Below are positions 31,025-32,000 of a stretch of DNA of 32,000 bases, piece after piece. Under the pieces are notes generated by a model, which made no database searches, was not told the DNA's origin, and was given only the letters and a program-made list of their open reading frames with translations. The translations under genes were made by a program, and so were the position numbers. Where the stretch lies: NCBI RefSeq assembly GCF_000973505.1, contig NZ_CP010048.1:480001-512000 (forward strand), in the 5' to 3' direction. Position 1 is the stretch's first letter, and the number at the start of each line of letters is the position of its first letter. The stretch comes from Candidatus Saccharimonadota bacterium (lineage in GTDB: Bacteria; Pseudomonadota; Gammaproteobacteria; Enterobacterales; Enterobacteriaceae).

Positions 31025-32000
31025 CTACTGCTCATTTAAATAATTAGATGATAAATGTTTAATAATAACTAATTCAATTCGATATTTTGACATCTTCTGA
31101 ATAGTAAATTTCCAATTATTAATCATTATAACATCTCCTTCTATAGGAATATATTCACATTGAGATAATAATAAACCTGCTAAAGATACAATATTATCAC
31201 ATCCAGATACTAAATCTTGAGTATGTAAAGCTTGTTGTAAAGAATGAAGATCTGTACTTCCTTTTGCTCTCCAACCTTCTTCAACAATTTCAATTTCTGG
31301 AGTTTCATCTTCATCAGGAAACTCACCTGCTATGGCTTCTAAAACATCTAAAGGAGTTACCAAACCTTGAATAACTCCAAACTCATTAGAAACCATTACC
31401 ATACTACCTTTCGCGCGACGCAATTCTCCGAGTAAATTTAATACATCCAATGTTTCTGGCACTACAATTGCAGAATTTCCTGATGCATAAACACCCACCT
31501 GATCACCATTGGCTATAGCCGCCATTAAATCCTTGGCGCGAACAACACCAATCAATTGATCTAACTCACCATTACACACAGGAAACATGTTATGAGGAGT
31601 ATCCATTAACTTAGAATATAATTCCTCTACTGGTCTTTTACAATCCAACCAAGAAATCTCATTTCTGGGAGTCATAATACTACGTAAAGTTCGTGAAGAT
31701 AAAGATAACACACCAGTAATCATATGCCGTTCCTCTTCAGCAAAATGTACCGTATTATATGATTTATCAGAAGATAAATTTTCATTTTGAAAAACATGGT
31801 TCGCAACATGCCCCCCCATTAATCGAATAATTGCAGAAGCAGCACGCTCACGCATAGACTGCATTGATTGCTGATTTTTAACAAAATTAGCGTGAGCAAT
31901 TTGATTAAAAAATTCAATTAAAATAGAAAAACCAATAGCAGTATACAAATATCCCTGAGGAATATGAAAACCAATACCCTCACTGATCAAACTTAATCCA
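31025..32000 (-). CDS. yoaE: TerC-family membrane protein with CBS pair and CorC/HlyC C-terminal domain (YoaE-like); N-terminus beyond the right window edge
   Basis: The reading frame stays open to the window edge. The last TerC helix (GFHIPQGYLYTAIGFSILIEFFNQ) is followed by a CBS-pair region (IMTPRNEISWLD..., VVRAKDL, VSNEFGVIQGLVTPLDVLEAIAGEF) and a CorC_HlyC-type tail. The symbol is assigned from domain order plus adjacency to pabB as in E. coli. The paralogue yegH cannot be excluded. Confidence 0.7.
   Translation of the reverse strand, partial: GLSLISEGIGFHIPQGYLYTAIGFSILIEFFNQIAHANFVKNQQSMQSMRERAASAIIRLMGGHVANHVFQNENLSSDKSYNTVHFAEEERHMITGVLSLSSRTLRSIMTPRNEISWLDCKRPVEELYSKLMDTPHNMFPVCNGELDQLIGVVRAKDLMAAIANGDQVGVYASGNSAIVVPETLDVLNLLGELRRAKGSMVMVSNEFGVIQGLVTPLDVLEAIAGEFPDEDETPEIEIVEEGWRAKGSTDLHSLQQALHTQDLVSGCDNIVSLAGLLLSQCEYIPIEGDVIMINNWKFTIQKMSKYRIELVIIKHLSSNYLNEQ

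Noticed and set aside
1-32000. Searched for CRISPR arrays, IS elements or transposases, integrases, phage genes, toxin-antitoxin pairs, restriction-modification or other defence cassettes, and for any cluster of unassigned ORFs that could be a novel system
   Set aside because: No regularly spaced repeats are present. Every substantial ORF is a recognisable housekeeping gene. The unexplained DNA is ORF-free AT-rich spacer rather than unknown coding sequence. Claiming a novel system here would not be supported by the sequence.

Overview
This is a 32-kb window from a very AT-rich, gene-sparse gammaproteobacterial genome. Gene content and local order are Enterobacterales-like. The overall look fits a reduced insect nutritional endosymbiont, with a Blochmannia-type genome as a tentative guess from memory, not a search result. 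That look includes long ORF-free A/T spacers, a complete trp operon, and no mobile DNA.

I can support 24 housekeeping CDS:
- fabI (partial) and topA
- trpE-trpG-trpD-trpC(F)-trpB-trpA
- clsA, tdk and hns
- a galU-ugd-epimerase operon
- xthA, sppA, gapA and dsbB
- minCDE
- tsaB, pabB and a partial yoaE-like gene

All of these read as intact under the standard code (TGA is used as a stop). I found no rRNA or tRNA genes, no IS, phage or integrase genes, no CRISPR array, and no toxin-antitoxin or recognisable defence genes. I could not find a convincing novel multi-gene system, and every ORF longer than 80 aa that is not antisense to a conserved gene has a clear housekeeping identity.

Items worth a second look:
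1. A window-wide C>G and A>T strand asymmetry that does not follow gene orientation.
2. A trp operon with no leader peptide or attenuator.
3. Several 0.6-1.65 kb ORF-free spacers that may be eroded genes.
4. An H-NS that is almost unchanged from free-living enterics in a genome that is AT-rich everywhere.
5. A retained UDP-galacturonate precursor operon.
6. Poly(A) tracts of 9-10 nt inside six ORFs.
7. Interleaved synteny blocks relative to E. coli.

All comparisons to E. coli proteins and map order come from memory and should be confirmed by alignment.
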